From Octopus sinensis (Eukaryota), in NCBI RefSeq assembly GCF_006345805.1, contig NW_021833440.1:1-64000 (forward strand): a stretch of 64,000 nucleotides of DNA, in the 5' to 3' direction. A program made the position numbers and the translations under genes. The notes below the pieces were generated by a model that saw only the letters and a list, made by a program, of their open reading frames with translations, searched no databases and was not told the origin of the DNA. Positions within the stretch are counted from its first letter, which is position 1. The number at the start of each line of letters is the position of its first letter. Positions 14,875-27,391 of this stretch are shown in pieces.

Positions 14875-15470
14875 CCACCACCACCACCACCACCACCACC
14901 ACCACCACCACCACCACTACCACCTCCGCCATCATCATACCCGCTATCACCATCACCACATCCACTGCCGCCGACGCCTCTACTGACAACTAGAACAGCA
15001 TATTACCATCACCGCCATAACCACCCACCCAACCATCACCAGCTCTACAACCATCACCACCTTCATCTTATGTAGTCAATACCACCACCACCACCACCAC
15101 CTTCATCACCACCATCACCTTCATCAACACCACCACCACCATCACCAACACCGCCTTCGCCATCACCATCACCACCCTCATCTTATGTAGTCAATACCAC
15201 CACCACCACTTTCATCACCACCACCACTTTCATCACCACCACCACCTTCATCACCACCACCACCTTCATCACCACCATCACCTTCATCAACACCACCACC
15301 TTCGCCATCACCATCACCACCCTCATCTTATATAGTCAATACCACCACCACCACCTTCATCACCACTACCGCTTTCACAGCCGCCGTCACGACGACCGCC
15401 ACCCCCGTCTCTACCATCACCATCATCACCTCTACCATCATAATTACTACAAATGCCGTCACCCACCCTC
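14875..15470. repeat. (CAC)n/(CAT)n low-complexity array with higher-order unit CATCTTATGTAGTCAATACCACC (three copies)
   Basis: Units near 15064, 15179 and 15324. Confidence 0.85.
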
Positions 15471-15744
15471 ACCACCGTCTCCGCAATCGCCATACACATT
15501 AGACGCTCGCATTCCAGTAGTTATCCACAGTTTCCTATCCATTGTATTCCCCAAGCAATTCATGTGTTGTTTATTATTGTTTCTCTCAATAGATTAACAA
15601 ACATTTTTACCACAGAAATCATTTCACTTCAATTTTAGCTTTGTTCCAATAATATCTTATTGAATGTTTACATATCTTTTACATTGTTTCTCCATTATTA
15701 TGTTAAGTAACTCATTTCGTTTTATTTATTAGTAAATGTATAGA

Positions 15745-16270
15745 GTCGTCTGGTTTTATTAAAAACATTTTTCCACCATTAGAGAAGTCAGTTTCTAATA
15801 CGGGAACGAGGCTCTGTAACTGGAACCCTGACAGCATCCACAACATAGTCATGTATGCATGTTATTATTCCATTTTTTTAATTCAGAATAAATTTTGGCC
15901 GGTCACCTACTTGGTAGTTAGGTTGTTAAGGAAAGCGTCATGTTTTAACCATCGTCCTTCAAATCTTAAGGTCTCACAGATTTTTATAGTCCCAGATATC
16001 GCGATTATTTGTAGCGTATGAATTAAGGATTTGCGTTCTCTCTCCAAGAGTCCAAGTTCAGCGATATTTTTCTCAAGACGGGTTGGTATGTATCGTGTTG
16101 CTCTAAATATATTAGATTTGAAACTGAAAGTGTATCTTGAGTACCGGATTTTCAAATCCCTTTTCAATGGTCCATAGATGTCTTCTTGCTCTTGTATTTT
16201 TCAAACAACATAGGTGTCCAGAGGGTAGCTGATTCCCACAACAGAACATAAGGTTTCCACCATTAGAGAC
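15745..16270 (-). mobile_element. 3' end of RLE-type (R4/Dong-like) non-LTR element, diverged
   Basis: LCSVVGISYPLD...EDIYGPLKRDLKIRY...RATRYIPTRLEKNIAELG...LQIIAISGTIKICETL; 3' UTR similar to 56950-57060. Confidence 0.7.
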
Positions 16271-16702
16271 ATTTGTACGATGTGGAGAATATACCGCCAG
16301 CATTGCCCAAACGACCTGAACATTAGTTTTAAGGTTCATCCAAGGCTGGGACTACAGGCTATACATCCCCAGCATAATTCAGGATCACAACATATAGGTA
16401 CACTGCGACACTTTTCTTTTCCTCAACAAGCCCTGCCCTGTTTAACATTGTCCCGAAAGAGATCATAGAGGAAAAATATCCCATCACCTTTAAACGGAGT
16501 CTGGACAGATTTCTTCAAGGAATACCGGATAAGCCACCCATACCTGGATACAACTCACTCAACAAGAACTCACTACTTGAATGGACCATAAATAGAACTT
16601 GACGTAAACAGGATTTAGATAATCCTATCAGGTGGTGCTATTAAATTAGACATGGACTGGACCAATCTTTGGTCGAAGCATATTTAAGTTTTATCTAAGT
16701 TT
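16271..16702 (+). mobile_element. CR1-clade LINE 3' fragment
   Basis: MWRIYRQHCPNDLNISFKVHPRLG; same 3' UTR as 3556-4030. Confidence 0.8.
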
Positions 16703-16832
16703 TTACAACAGACAATGTCTGGCCGGATGTGTTTCCACTTGAGTGCTGTTTTCATTTTTAAGTTCCACCAGTATTCTTTTCACCCATCGGTCTCTGTAGA
16801 GTCAACTTTGTCCGTAGATGTTTTCTTTTATT

Positions 16833-17080
16833 TGTATGTATGTACGTATGTATGTATGTATGTATGTATGTATGTATGTATGTATGTATGTATGTATGTA
16901 TGTATGTATGTATGTATGCATGTATGCATGTATGTATGTATGTATGTATGTATGTATGTATGCATGCATGTATGCATGTATGTATGTATGTATGTATGCA
17001 TGCATGCATGTATGTATGTATGTATGTATGTATGTATGTATGTATGTATGTATGTATGTATGTATGTACGTATGTATATG
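16833..17080. repeat. (TATG)n microsatellite
   Basis: Direct reading. Confidence 0.95.
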
Positions 17081-17278
17081 TACAGATTTATATGTTTTGT
17101 TTTATGTATGTATTCTCATGCATATAGCTGCACATCTAGACATGCTCATATATATTTAAATGGTAAACTTCAGGAAAGTTTTACAGATTTTTACAATTCC
17201 AGTGATGTATTGGATCTGTAGTCTTCGAATTAGCTTTCTCCTTTCTGGTTTTGAGAAGCCTAATTTCTCTAGATTGGT
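17081..17278 (-). mobile_element. (CATA)n-embedded RLE-type LINE 3' fragment
   Basis: [40 protein letters not shown]; highly similar to 56640-56830. Confidence 0.75.
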
Positions 17279-17329
17279 ATGTATGTATGTATGTGTATGT
17301 ATGTATGTATGTATGTATGTATGTATGTA

Positions 17330-17390
<61 letters not shown>

Positions 17391-17449
17391 ATATGTGCGA
17401 GCCATGGCATTTGTGGAGCTATATTTTGACTGAATAACAATAACAATTC

Positions 17450-18050
17450 CTTTTACTTGGCCTTAAATTTTTGAGGGGAGGGGGTTTACTCGAATGTATT
17501 AACCCCAGTACTCGGCTGGTACTAATTTTATCGATCTCGAAAGGATGGCAGGGAAATTCGTTCTCGGCAGAAGTTGAACCCGAAACGGAAAGACAGGCGA
17601 GATGCCGTTGGACGTTTGATCCGGCACGCTAACGATTCTTATTTCTTTACTGCCCACAAGATGCTACACACAGAGGGGACAAACAAGGAAAGACAAACGG
17701 ATTAAGTCGATTATATCGACCCCAGTGCGTAACTGGTACTTTATTTATCGACCCCGAAAGGATGAAAGGCAAAGTCGACCTCGGCGGAATTTGAACTCAG
17801 AACGTAGCGGCAGACGAAATACCTATTTCTTTACTACCCACAAGGGGCTAAATACAGAGAGGACAAACAAGGACAGACAAACGGATTATGTCGATTATAT
17901 CGATCCCAGTGCATAATTGGTACTTATTTAATCGATCCTGAAAGTATGAAAGGCAAAGTCGACCTCGGTGGAATTTGAACTCAGAACGTAACGGCAGACG
18001 AAATACTGCTAAGCATTTCGCCCGGCGTGAGAACGATTTTGCCAACTTGT
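17450..18050 (-). mobile_element. SINE family A cluster (dimer 17641-18050 plus older monomer 17450-17640)
   Basis: Repeated TTTATCGACCCCGAAAGGATGAAAGGCAAAGTCGACCTCGG-type domain. Confidence 0.85.
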
Positions 18051-18372
18051 CACATTCATAATTGTAACAAATGATCAAAAAGTGCTAATTGCATAAAACA
18101 CACACACACCTTTACACACACACACGTATATACTTACTGGCTAAACCTCTGGAATTTTTGATATGCATTCACATAGTTTCATTAACAACTCGTAATTGTA
18201 CTTTCTTAATTAGTCGTGTCAATTCTGGTTTATTTTAGCCTAGCTTCCCGAGATTAATGCTAAGGCTGTCAGTTACATAATTTCAAACCCCGATAATCAT
18301 AGGGGAAGTGGGTCTGGTAGATGTTTTTTTATAATATTTTTCTTTATTTTTTTAATATAATGTTAATGTCTA

Positions 18373-19045
18373 TGGCGGCGAGCTGGCAGAGTCGTTAGCA
18401 CGCCGGGCAAAATGCTTAGCAGCGTATCGCACGTCTTTACGTTCTGAGTTCAAATTCCGCCGAGGTCGACTTTGCTTTTCATCCTATCAGGGTTGATAAA
18501 AAAAAAACTGAAAAGAGCATTATGTTAATGTTTGTTGGAAGGTGGCGAACTAGCAGAACCGTTTGCACGTCGGACAAAATTCTTAGTGACGTTTCTTCCG
18601 GTTCTTTACGTTCCGACTTCAGATCCTGCCGAGGTCAACTTTGTCTTTCATCCTTTCGGGATCGATAAAATAAAGTACCAGTCAGAAACAGGGGTGCATG
18701 TAATCGACTTGCAGACGGCAAACGAACCTCTATCGCAGATGAATTCGCGTATTTCAGGACCGACTACTTGTTGTCACATAGCTTTTCGTAATTTCAGAGG
18801 AGTTTTTCTCTGTCCCAGTCGGAAATTATTGACTTCAGATTTTGGCACAAGGCCATCAAGTTTTGGGAAGGAGACTAGTCGATTACATCGACCCCAGTAT
18901 TCAACTGGTACTTATATTATTGATCCGAAAGGATGAAAAGCAAAGTCGACGACCAGCAGCATTTGAACTCAGAACCTAAAAATAAACGAAATGCTTCTAC
19001 GCATTTTGTTCGGCGTGCTAACCACTCAGCCAGCTTGTCGCCTTC
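18373..19045. mobile_element. Three SINE family A copies (18373-18500 +, 18540-18710 +, 18840-19045 -)
   Basis: Head and central-domain homology. Confidence 0.75.
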
Positions 19046-19250
19046 CAGCCGGCTATTATTAATATTGCTCATTCTAAATAACCAGCATCGACTATCTTTA
19101 TGTCCGGCAATAAATATTTCAGTTAAATCTACGCGAGTTTGCTTCAGTTATTATCTACGCAGCCGATGGAAGATATCTTCACTGACCAATTCAACTCGAA
19201 CGACGCCACAGACCTCTCGATCAAAGTATATGTATGTACGCACACACACA

Positions 19251-19290
<40 letters not shown>

Positions 19291-19827
19291 GCGCGCGCGC
19301 GTTACTTTTGAGTCTCAGTCAGAGGAGAAATGACAGTGGTAACATATTTGACCCTTTTTTCAAGGCCTCCGAGACCAGGAAGAGGACAGAGACCAGGAAG
19401 AGGGAAGTTATCTTTAATATAAATAACACTAACTTTCTTGATTTCTATTGTATGCCCCCATCGGAATCATCATTAATCCCTAAGAAGTGTTAAATGTCGT
19501 GGATAGTAGGGCATCGGTCGACACTGGGGATAATCTGGGGGTCACGACACTGTTTTAATTACACAGCTAATACCTTTAGTAAGGCTTACTAAATACAGTC
19601 ATTACTAAGTACCCTTATTAAATTAAGGGCTTTGAACCCAGCCTAAAGTTCATATTGCTATATTATAACATGATTAAACATTATCATTATGAACACAAAC
19701 TTGTTACCAGTTCAAATATACTTGGGGCATATTCGAACCCGTAAACCATTTACTGTATTTTGTCATGGAGATAAATCGGTACAAACACACCGAGTCGGCT
19801 CACAGTGTTTCCTAACTAGACTGTTGG

Positions 19828-19865
19828 ATGTATTCATTTCGGAGTGGTTATCCTTTCTTCAGCAG
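19828..19865 (-). ncRNA. Degenerate minimal hammerhead-like motif
   Basis: ctg CTGAAGA aa GGA taaccac TCC GAAA tgaa TA cat; stems I and III imperfect. Confidence 0.35.
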
Positions 19866-20211
19866 CAGAGACTGGAAAGGGAAGCGCTGGGAACTGACAC
19901 GAGAGACAGGTCCCTCGAATGATATTTCCGTCATTGTTCAATGACTGGTTGTGCTATTCAGCGGATCGCCCTTTGTCTGTCTACAACGAGAAATTTTCTC
20001 CATCACAAAAATACAGTGAATGGTTTTCTTACGGGTTCACGACAGGTCTCAAGCATATTTCAATTAGTACTAAGTTTGTATTTATGCACATCGCTGCTTA
20101 GCGCTGTCGCCCCCGTATTTTATTTCCGGTGATGAATCACTCTCTTAAGAGAAGGGACAAAAGAAGAAAGTTCAGAAGAACAGCCACTATAGAAGTATTT
20201 ATATAAAATAA

Positions 20212-20463
20212 ATAAATGCGCCCTTTTAAAGCATAGCCAGGCGCATGGGCCCGGTTTCCAGGTTTCTATGGCGCATGTGTTCCCCAGTTGGACGGGACGC
20301 CAGTCCATCGCAGCGTTACTCATTTTTGCCAACTGAGTGGACCGGAGCAACGTGAAATGAAGTGTTTTGCTCAAGAACACAACGGTTCGCCCGGTCCAGG
20401 AATCGAAACCACAATCTTACGATCATGGTGCTGACACCCTAACCACTAAGCCACGCGCCTCCA
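20212..20463 (-). mobile_element. tRNA-derived SINE with V-domain-like body (family D)
   Basis: GAGGCGCGTGGCTTAGTGGTTAGGG head; GCGATGGACTGGCGTCCCGTCC motif typical of V-SINEs. Confidence 0.8.
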
Positions 20464-20690
20464 CTTGAAGTATTTATAGCACACAGATAAAGAATCTATG
20501 CCCTGGTGATAAGAGAAAGGAAGAAGCTTAGTTGCCAAAAATAGGACCAGCAACGTTAGAAATTCACTTATGAACATCAACTGGGTCACCGGCTTAGATA
20601 TAATAATATTACATATAAGGGCGAATATGAGATTTAGAAAGGAAAGATTATCACATATTCAAAATAAAGTTTAGCTGTAAAAACAAGATC

Positions 20691-21059
20691 GACAAAAGCA
20701 CTCAGAGAGCGCAAATCTCCGCCAAAACAACACCAACGCCCTCTTTATGATTAGCTGGAGATGATTTTTAAAATGAGAATATCTGGAATAAACTCGACTG
20801 CTCTCACAAACGAGAATACTAAAAACTGAACACGACCGCTCTCAAAAATTTATAAAAAAAAAAAACGGAAAATGATCCAGAATCCTTGTCTGTTACTGGA
20901 TTGATCCCATAATCAAATCATTTCGTGCCAGTCACGAGGCGAAACGTCCCTGAAAGTTTCATCCGAATCCATCCAGCGGTTCTTGAGATATCTTGTCTAC
21001 GGACAAACAAACAAGTACGACTGAAAACAATACCTCCGCCTTCGGTAAGGCGGAGGTAA
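20691..21059 (+). mobile_element. Non-autonomous Helentron/DINE-like element (HINE)
   Basis: 5' AGCACTCAGAGAGCGCAAATCTCCGCC sub-terminal motif; internal GACAAACAAACAA; 3' hairpin ACCTCCGCCTT-cggt-AAGGCGGAGGT. Confidence 0.65.
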
Positions 21060-21828
21060 TGATTTTAGAAATTAATTTTTGAAATCAGTCAAGGAAAAGA
21101 AAAATACAGCAGGGTTATCAGCCCCAACGTGACGAAGGTATTCAGTACAAGGATGATTAAAACATTTATGAAGATGAAGAATACTTTTTGAATAACGATG
21201 AATAACGATAATAGAAAATCCACCTTCATAATAACTAATTTAGCAATAAATCTAATATAACAATTATCTCCATCGGAATATTTATATCATGTAATCATAT
21301 AACCTCACTTGAAACGATAACGTTGTGTAATATAATTATTCCAAGTAAAGTGTTTAGAAGTTATGCCTTAAGATGGAGACTAGAAGACTCAGGAAGGACA
21401 ACGTCATACATAGAAATAGGAATATGATCAAAGTTCTTGGAATGATTGTACATGATGTTCGTACAAGGAAGAGAAGGTCCATCCCACTTACGCTCCTGTT
21501 TAGGCCTGGGTTTAACACGAGACGATCAATGGTTCGCAACATTTGCGACAGCGAGAGTGACAAGGAAGTGCCTGTCGAACGTAACAAATATCGCACAGTA
21601 TTTCTGTTCGAAATCACCGGTTTAAATAAAGGTTTTCTCATCAACGTTACATCTTACGACGACGAGGGTTCCAGTTGGAACAGCGTGCTCGTGAAATTAA
21701 CGTGCAAGTGACTAAGTACTTCACAGACACGTGTATTCTTTCAACGCAATTCTCGGGGTGATTCAGCGTGATACAACAAAACTGGCCATTTGAAATACAG
21801 GTACAACGCATTTGTACCAGTTGTGGAT

Positions 21829-22143
21829 GAAGGCGCGTGGCTTAGTGGTTAGGGCATTCGGCACACGATCGTAAGGTCGTGAGTTCAATTCCTGGTGACG
21901 CTTTGTGTCCTTGAGCGATACTTTATTTCACGTTGCTCCAGTCCACTCAGATAGCAAAAATGAGTAGTACCTGTATTTCAAAGGGTCAACCATGTCACAT
22001 TCTGTGTCACGCTGAATCTCCCCGAGAACTACGTTAAAGATACACGTATCTATGGAGTACTCAGCCACCTGCACGTTAATATCAAGAGCAAGCTGTTCCG
22101 TTAATCGGATCAACTGGAACCCTCGTTATCGATGGAGTGCCAA
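21829..22143 (+). mobile_element. SINE with family D head and family C tail; inverted tail fragment at 21650-21815
   Basis: GAAGGCGCGTGGCTTAGTGGTTAGG...GGAACCCTCGTTATCGATGGAGTGCC. Confidence 0.8.
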
Positions 22144-22875
22144 GTTGTGTGAACTGGAGCAACTTGAAATAAGAATCATTAGAGCGTGGGATCAGCATTA
22201 CTTTTCATCTTTTCAACGTTGGTAATATAAAGTGCCATGTGTAATGGGGTCAATGCAATCACCTAAACCCTTGCTTCAAAATTGCTTGCCTTGTGCCGAA
22301 ATTATTATTACCATTTCAGCCAAAGTGAAGGCTGTAGATTATAGAATTTTTTAGTGTGTCGAACAAAATACCTTACGACATCTAATTCAAATACTTTGCG
22401 GCGTTCTGAGTTCAAATTCCGCAGGGATCATCTTTGCTTTTCCTCCGTCTGAGATCAATAAAATAAATTACCAATCGAGTACTTTGATAGATAGAACCGA
22501 TTAAACTAGATTCTTCTCGAATATTTCTTAGAAATTATTATCGATCACAATGGAATGGCGGGAAGCTGGCAGGATCGTTAGCCTTGAAGTATTTCTTTGT
22601 ACACTTTACGTTCTGAGTTCAAATCCCGTTGAGGACAGTTTTTTCCCATCCTTTCGGAAGTCGATAAAGTAAGCGTCAAATACTGGGGATTTTGGTAGTC
22701 AACTAACAGCACCCCACCAAATATTGCTGGCTTTGTGCTTAAACCAACGACTTTTATCGAACGTTTACGACTTCCAACTACATTGTATACATATAAAATA
22801 ATACGTGCGCATGAGTGTGTGTTTGTCTAACAATCAATCAATCTATTTGTGTCTCACCCTCTTTCTCTCCGTTCA

Positions 22876-22930
22876 CGCACACACACACACACACATGTAT
22901 GTGTATGTATGTATGTTGTATGTATGTATG

Positions 22931-22961
<31 letters not shown>

Positions 22962-23104
22962 ATCTATCTATCTATATCTATCTATCTATCTATCTATCTA
23001 TATCTATCTATCTATCTATCTCTATCTATCTATCTGTCTGTCTGTCCGTCCGTCTTTCTATCTATCTATCTATCATCTATCTATCTATCATCTATCTATC
23101 TATA

Positions 23105-23138
<34 letters not shown>

Positions 23139-23159
23139 CATCAATCCATCCATACATCC

Positions 23160-23196
<37 letters not shown>

Positions 23197-23229
23197 CATC
23201 AATCCATCCATCCATCCATCCATCCATCC

Positions 23230-23261
<32 letters not shown>

Positions 23262-23262
23262 C

Positions 23263-23326
<64 letters not shown>

Positions 23327-23360
23327 CTATCTATCTATCTATACACACACACACATACAT
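22876..23360. repeat. (TCTA)n/(TCCA)n compound microsatellite
   Basis: Direct reading. Confidence 0.95.
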
Positions 23361-23918
23361 AATGCACAGTAGTTTCCATAGCCGTTACTCACAAACGCAA
23401 ATATGACCTAGTCTTAGGTGACTCTATAGTGTAGGCGTGAGAAAACGTAGCTACCCTTTAGGCTGTACCACCTTTGATGCGACAGAACATTAAGGAAGTG
23501 ACAGCTGAAGGGAAGAAGGATTTACAAGCAGTCGGCTGGAATTTATTTCTAGCTGAGAAGCTTGGGGCACTGTGAAATGAAGAGTCTTGCTTAAGGATAA
23601 AATTCATTTCTCGATACAGGGATCGAACAACGTTATGATCGAGTCTAACACGAAAACAGTGGGCCACGCGCAGGTTACTATGTATGTATGTATGTATGTA
23701 TGTATGTATGTATGTATGTATGTATGTATGTGTGTGTGTGTATACACACATACATATATATATATAAATACATATATACATGTATATATATATATATAAA
23801 TATATATATGTATATAATCACAATAAGGGTGAAAAAAATTGAATATTAATTAATAACATCAATTTAAAACACCAGGTGGCCTAGCGTATAAAAACTGGGA
23901 TACAGTAAAAATTATTAA

Positions 23919-24160
23919 TACAAATAATGAGAGAGAGTCAACATGTGGTCACTCTAACGCTAGATATAGATCCACGAAGGGAATGCACCACTAAAGAATT
24001 GTTCTCAAGAATTAGTTCAACGCGCCAAGAATGTAAGTGAACTTACATTCTTGGCGCGTTGAACTAATTCTTGAGAACAATTCTTTAGTGGTGGATTCCC
24101 TTCGTGGATCTATATCTAGCGTTAGAGTGACCACATGTGGACTCTCTCTCATTACTTGTA
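23919..24160. repeat. Near-perfect palindrome, 119-bp arms, 4-nt loop (TGAA 24038-24041)
   Basis: About 3 mismatches between arms by eye. Confidence 0.95.
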
Positions 24161-24510
24161 TATATGTATATATATATGTATAAGCATACTTGCATACTTA
24201 ATCACACACACGCACACACACACATACAAAAACATATACACACACCATTCTAAACAAGAAACAATACATTGGATATTCTAGTCCTGGGTATATTTCTCCC
24301 CATGTCCATCTCGGAAGACGACGAGATAGTAATTTCTGGATTGGTTTTATTAAAGATTTTCTCAGTTCAACTTGACCTGGGGTTAAACAACATTTTAATC
24401 AGTTGTTGCTGTTGTTTAACCCTAGGCCAGTTTTGATTAAGCAGGCAACCTGTGATCGAAAGTGTTACTGCTACCAACATATCGTATTTTATTCGGGCAT
24501 AGTGCACCTA

Positions 24511-24863
24511 GGTCTATACTATTCAATGTGACCTTCTCTTTATTGTTTGTTTTAAGAGAGTGGGTGTGTGATATGAGTGAGATTTGACTGCTATTTCATT
24601 AACGGACAAATTCCTTTTTGCGCCAATTGCTGTGTTGTGAGCCCCGGTGCATTCGATCCTTGGATTGCCGTCCCCACCTGCCAAATCGGTCCCAGGTTAT
24701 CGCACCCGAGGAATAAATCCTGAGAAGTGGAATGGATGATGTTCAAGATATCGCTAGCTGTGCATTCGCGGCAACATTTTCGCCATCTTGTCTGCGGTGC
24801 ATAGCTGAGACAAACTGAATTAAAGTCCCTGGGCAAAGCGATCCATTGGCGCCTATATCCTTC

Positions 24864-24898
<35 letters not shown>

Positions 24899-25796
24899 CT
24901 TTTCTCCTCACTTTTGCTCCTCCTTTCCCCTCTTCTTCATCATTTGAAGTCCATCTTCCATACTGGCATGGACTGGACGGTTTGCCGGTATCCGACAGAT
25001 CCGAGGACTGTATCGTGTTCCAACGTCTGCTTTTTATAATATTTATTTATTGGCAGCACGTCACAGAATACATAAATTAACAACAGACCCTTGGCACCGT
25101 GGGGCACCCGGCAACTGTCCTTCATGTCCATGTCTCATGCCGTAAAATGAATCTGACGGATTGTCAAACAAATGGCGTAGAGTTTGGTTATGTTTTCTTT
25201 TTATATTTTTGGCTGTTTCTTTTATGCAGTGTATATACAATATTTACATCATTTACATTTGACGGATATGTGTCTTCATCTAAATATTATAAAAAGCAGA
25301 CGTTGGAACACGATACAGTCCTCGGATCTGTCGGATACCGGCAAACCGTCCAGTCCATGCCAGTATGGAAGATGGACATCAAATGATGAAGAAGAGGGGA
25401 AAGGAGGAGCGGAAGTGAGGAGAAAAGGAGGAGGAGGAGGAGGAGAAGGATATAGGCGCCAATGGATCGCTTTGCCCAGGGACTTTAATTCAGTTTGTCT
25501 CAGCTATGCACCGCAGACAAGATGGCGAAAATGTTGCCGCGAACGCACAGCTAGCGATATCTTGTACATCATCCATTCCACTTCTCAGGATTTATTCCTC
25601 GGGTGCGATAACCTGGGACCGATTTGGCAGGTGGGGACGGCAATCCAAGGATCGAATGCACCGGGGCTCACAACACAGCAATTGGCGCAAAAAGGAATTT
25701 GTCCGTTAATGAAATAGCAGTCAAATCTCACTCATATCACACACCCACTCTCTTAAAACAAACAATAAAGAGAAGGTCACATTGAATAGTATAGAC
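24511..25796. repeat. Local inverted duplication, arms about 24511-25045 and 25281-25796
   Basis: Near-identical reverse complements; matching ORFs on opposite strands in the ORF track. Confidence 0.95.
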
Positions 25797-25835
25797 GTTT
25801 CGGCTGATTTATTTTCCAGCGTTCATTAGGTGTCC
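25794..25835 (-). ncRNA. Truncated variant hammerhead motif (CUAAUGA core)
   Basis: ggacac CTAATGA a cGCTG gaaaataaat CAGCc GAAA CG TC; stem I 3' strand missing. Confidence 0.45.
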
Positions 25836-26779
25836 TGGTAGGATTTTTATGGTAACGACAAACAAGATGAGGACATGTATCCGTCTAATCTAAAAAATAT
25901 AAATAATGTACAGAATTCCTCACCTCTAAAATATACAACATTGTATATACATTATATTTTTGCGTCGAATGTGATCTTAGCAAATATAATTGATAGGTTC
26001 CAATTAAAAAATAGTATGGGAATCGATGCTCGTATACCGCAGAGACAAGTTTGTTATTCATCACACATTATTGTCAGAAGAGTAAGCGTTACCTTGAACT
26101 TTCAATCAATTCTTTTTCAGCTAACGTTTCCTGAATATTCAAAAAAAATACTACCAAAAACAACCAAAATTCCTACAAAAAAGATTCCAGAACGGTCAAG
26201 AAAACTAAACAAGAAATTAACAGAGTTTATATTTCTTACCATATTTTTTTCAGCTACACCAACTACCATCCATGGTATACACATACGACAGCCGTAGTCA
26301 GTACTATGTTGCCACCAGCTGCGGCGAAGGATTAAGCTCGGATTTCACCGCAATTTAAACCTACTGTGTATGAAACCAAATCAGAAATAATCTCACCATA
26401 ATCAACCAATCATCTCTCAGTTTGCTATTCGTTTGAAGAGAAGCTGCTTAATACCTTTGTGTAGTGACTATCATTTAAATCCTGAGGGCATTAAATATGT
26501 ATTTATCATGTATTTGCAGTCAGATATTTAATAACACTAACATGGGGCAGTGATATTTAGGTTGTTTGAAATTAGTTTTTATTTCATCGAATATTATGAA
26601 ATAACGTTCAGTAATAAAAGATTGTGCAATATTAACAGCGTCCAAGAGGACTGTGGGTGAGAGAGAGAGAGAGAGAAGGAGAGAGAGAGGGAGAGAGAGA
26701 GGGGAGGAGAAGAAAGATAACGGGAAAGACAGCACGAAAGAGAAAAGAAGAGACATAGATGGATAGATATTAGAGACAT

Positions 26780-27090
26780 AATGGATGATGTACAAGATAT
26801 CGCTAGCTGTGCGTTCGCGGCAACATTTTCGCCATCTTGTCTGCGGTGCATAGCTGAGACAAACTGAATTAAAGTCCCTGGGCAAAGCGATCCATTGGCG
26901 CCTATATCCTTCTCCTCTTCCTCCTCCTCCTCCTCCTTTTCTCCTCACTTCCGCTCCTCCTTTCCCCTCCTCTTCATCATTTGAAGTCCATCTTCCATAC
27001 TGGCATGGACTGGACGGTTTGCCGGTATCCGACAGATCCGAGGACTGTATCGTGTTCCAACGTCTGCTTTTTATAATATTTATTGGCAGC
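26780..27090 (-). repeat. Third partial copy of the 24730-25060 segment, flanked by ~75-bp direct repeats (26695-26771, 27093-27169)
   Basis: Direct reading. Confidence 0.9.
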
Positions 27091-27185
27091 AAGAGAGAGG
27101 GGAGGAAAAGAAAGATAAGGGGAAAGACAGCACGAAAGAGAAAAGAAGAGACATAGATGGATAGATATTTCTCTCTCAACTCTCA

Positions 27186-27340
27186 AGCGTAGCTGTGTGG
27201 TAAGAAGCTAGTTTCTTAACCACATAGTTCCGGGTTCTTATACTATAGCCTCGGACCGACCAAAGCCTTGTGAGTGGACTTGATAGACAGAAACTGAAAG
27301 AAGCCTGTCGTATATATATATTCATACACACAGACATACA

Positions 27341-27391
<51 letters not shown>

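Noticed and set aside
14498-15075. Poly-His, poly-Thr and poly-Pro ORFs
   Set aside because: All three frames are open only because of (CAC)n; no splice or homology support
25184-25717. 177-aa ORF repeated on both strands
   Set aside because: Recurrence is explained by the local duplication; it runs through a SINE-like tail and a (GGA)n tract and has no recognisable domain
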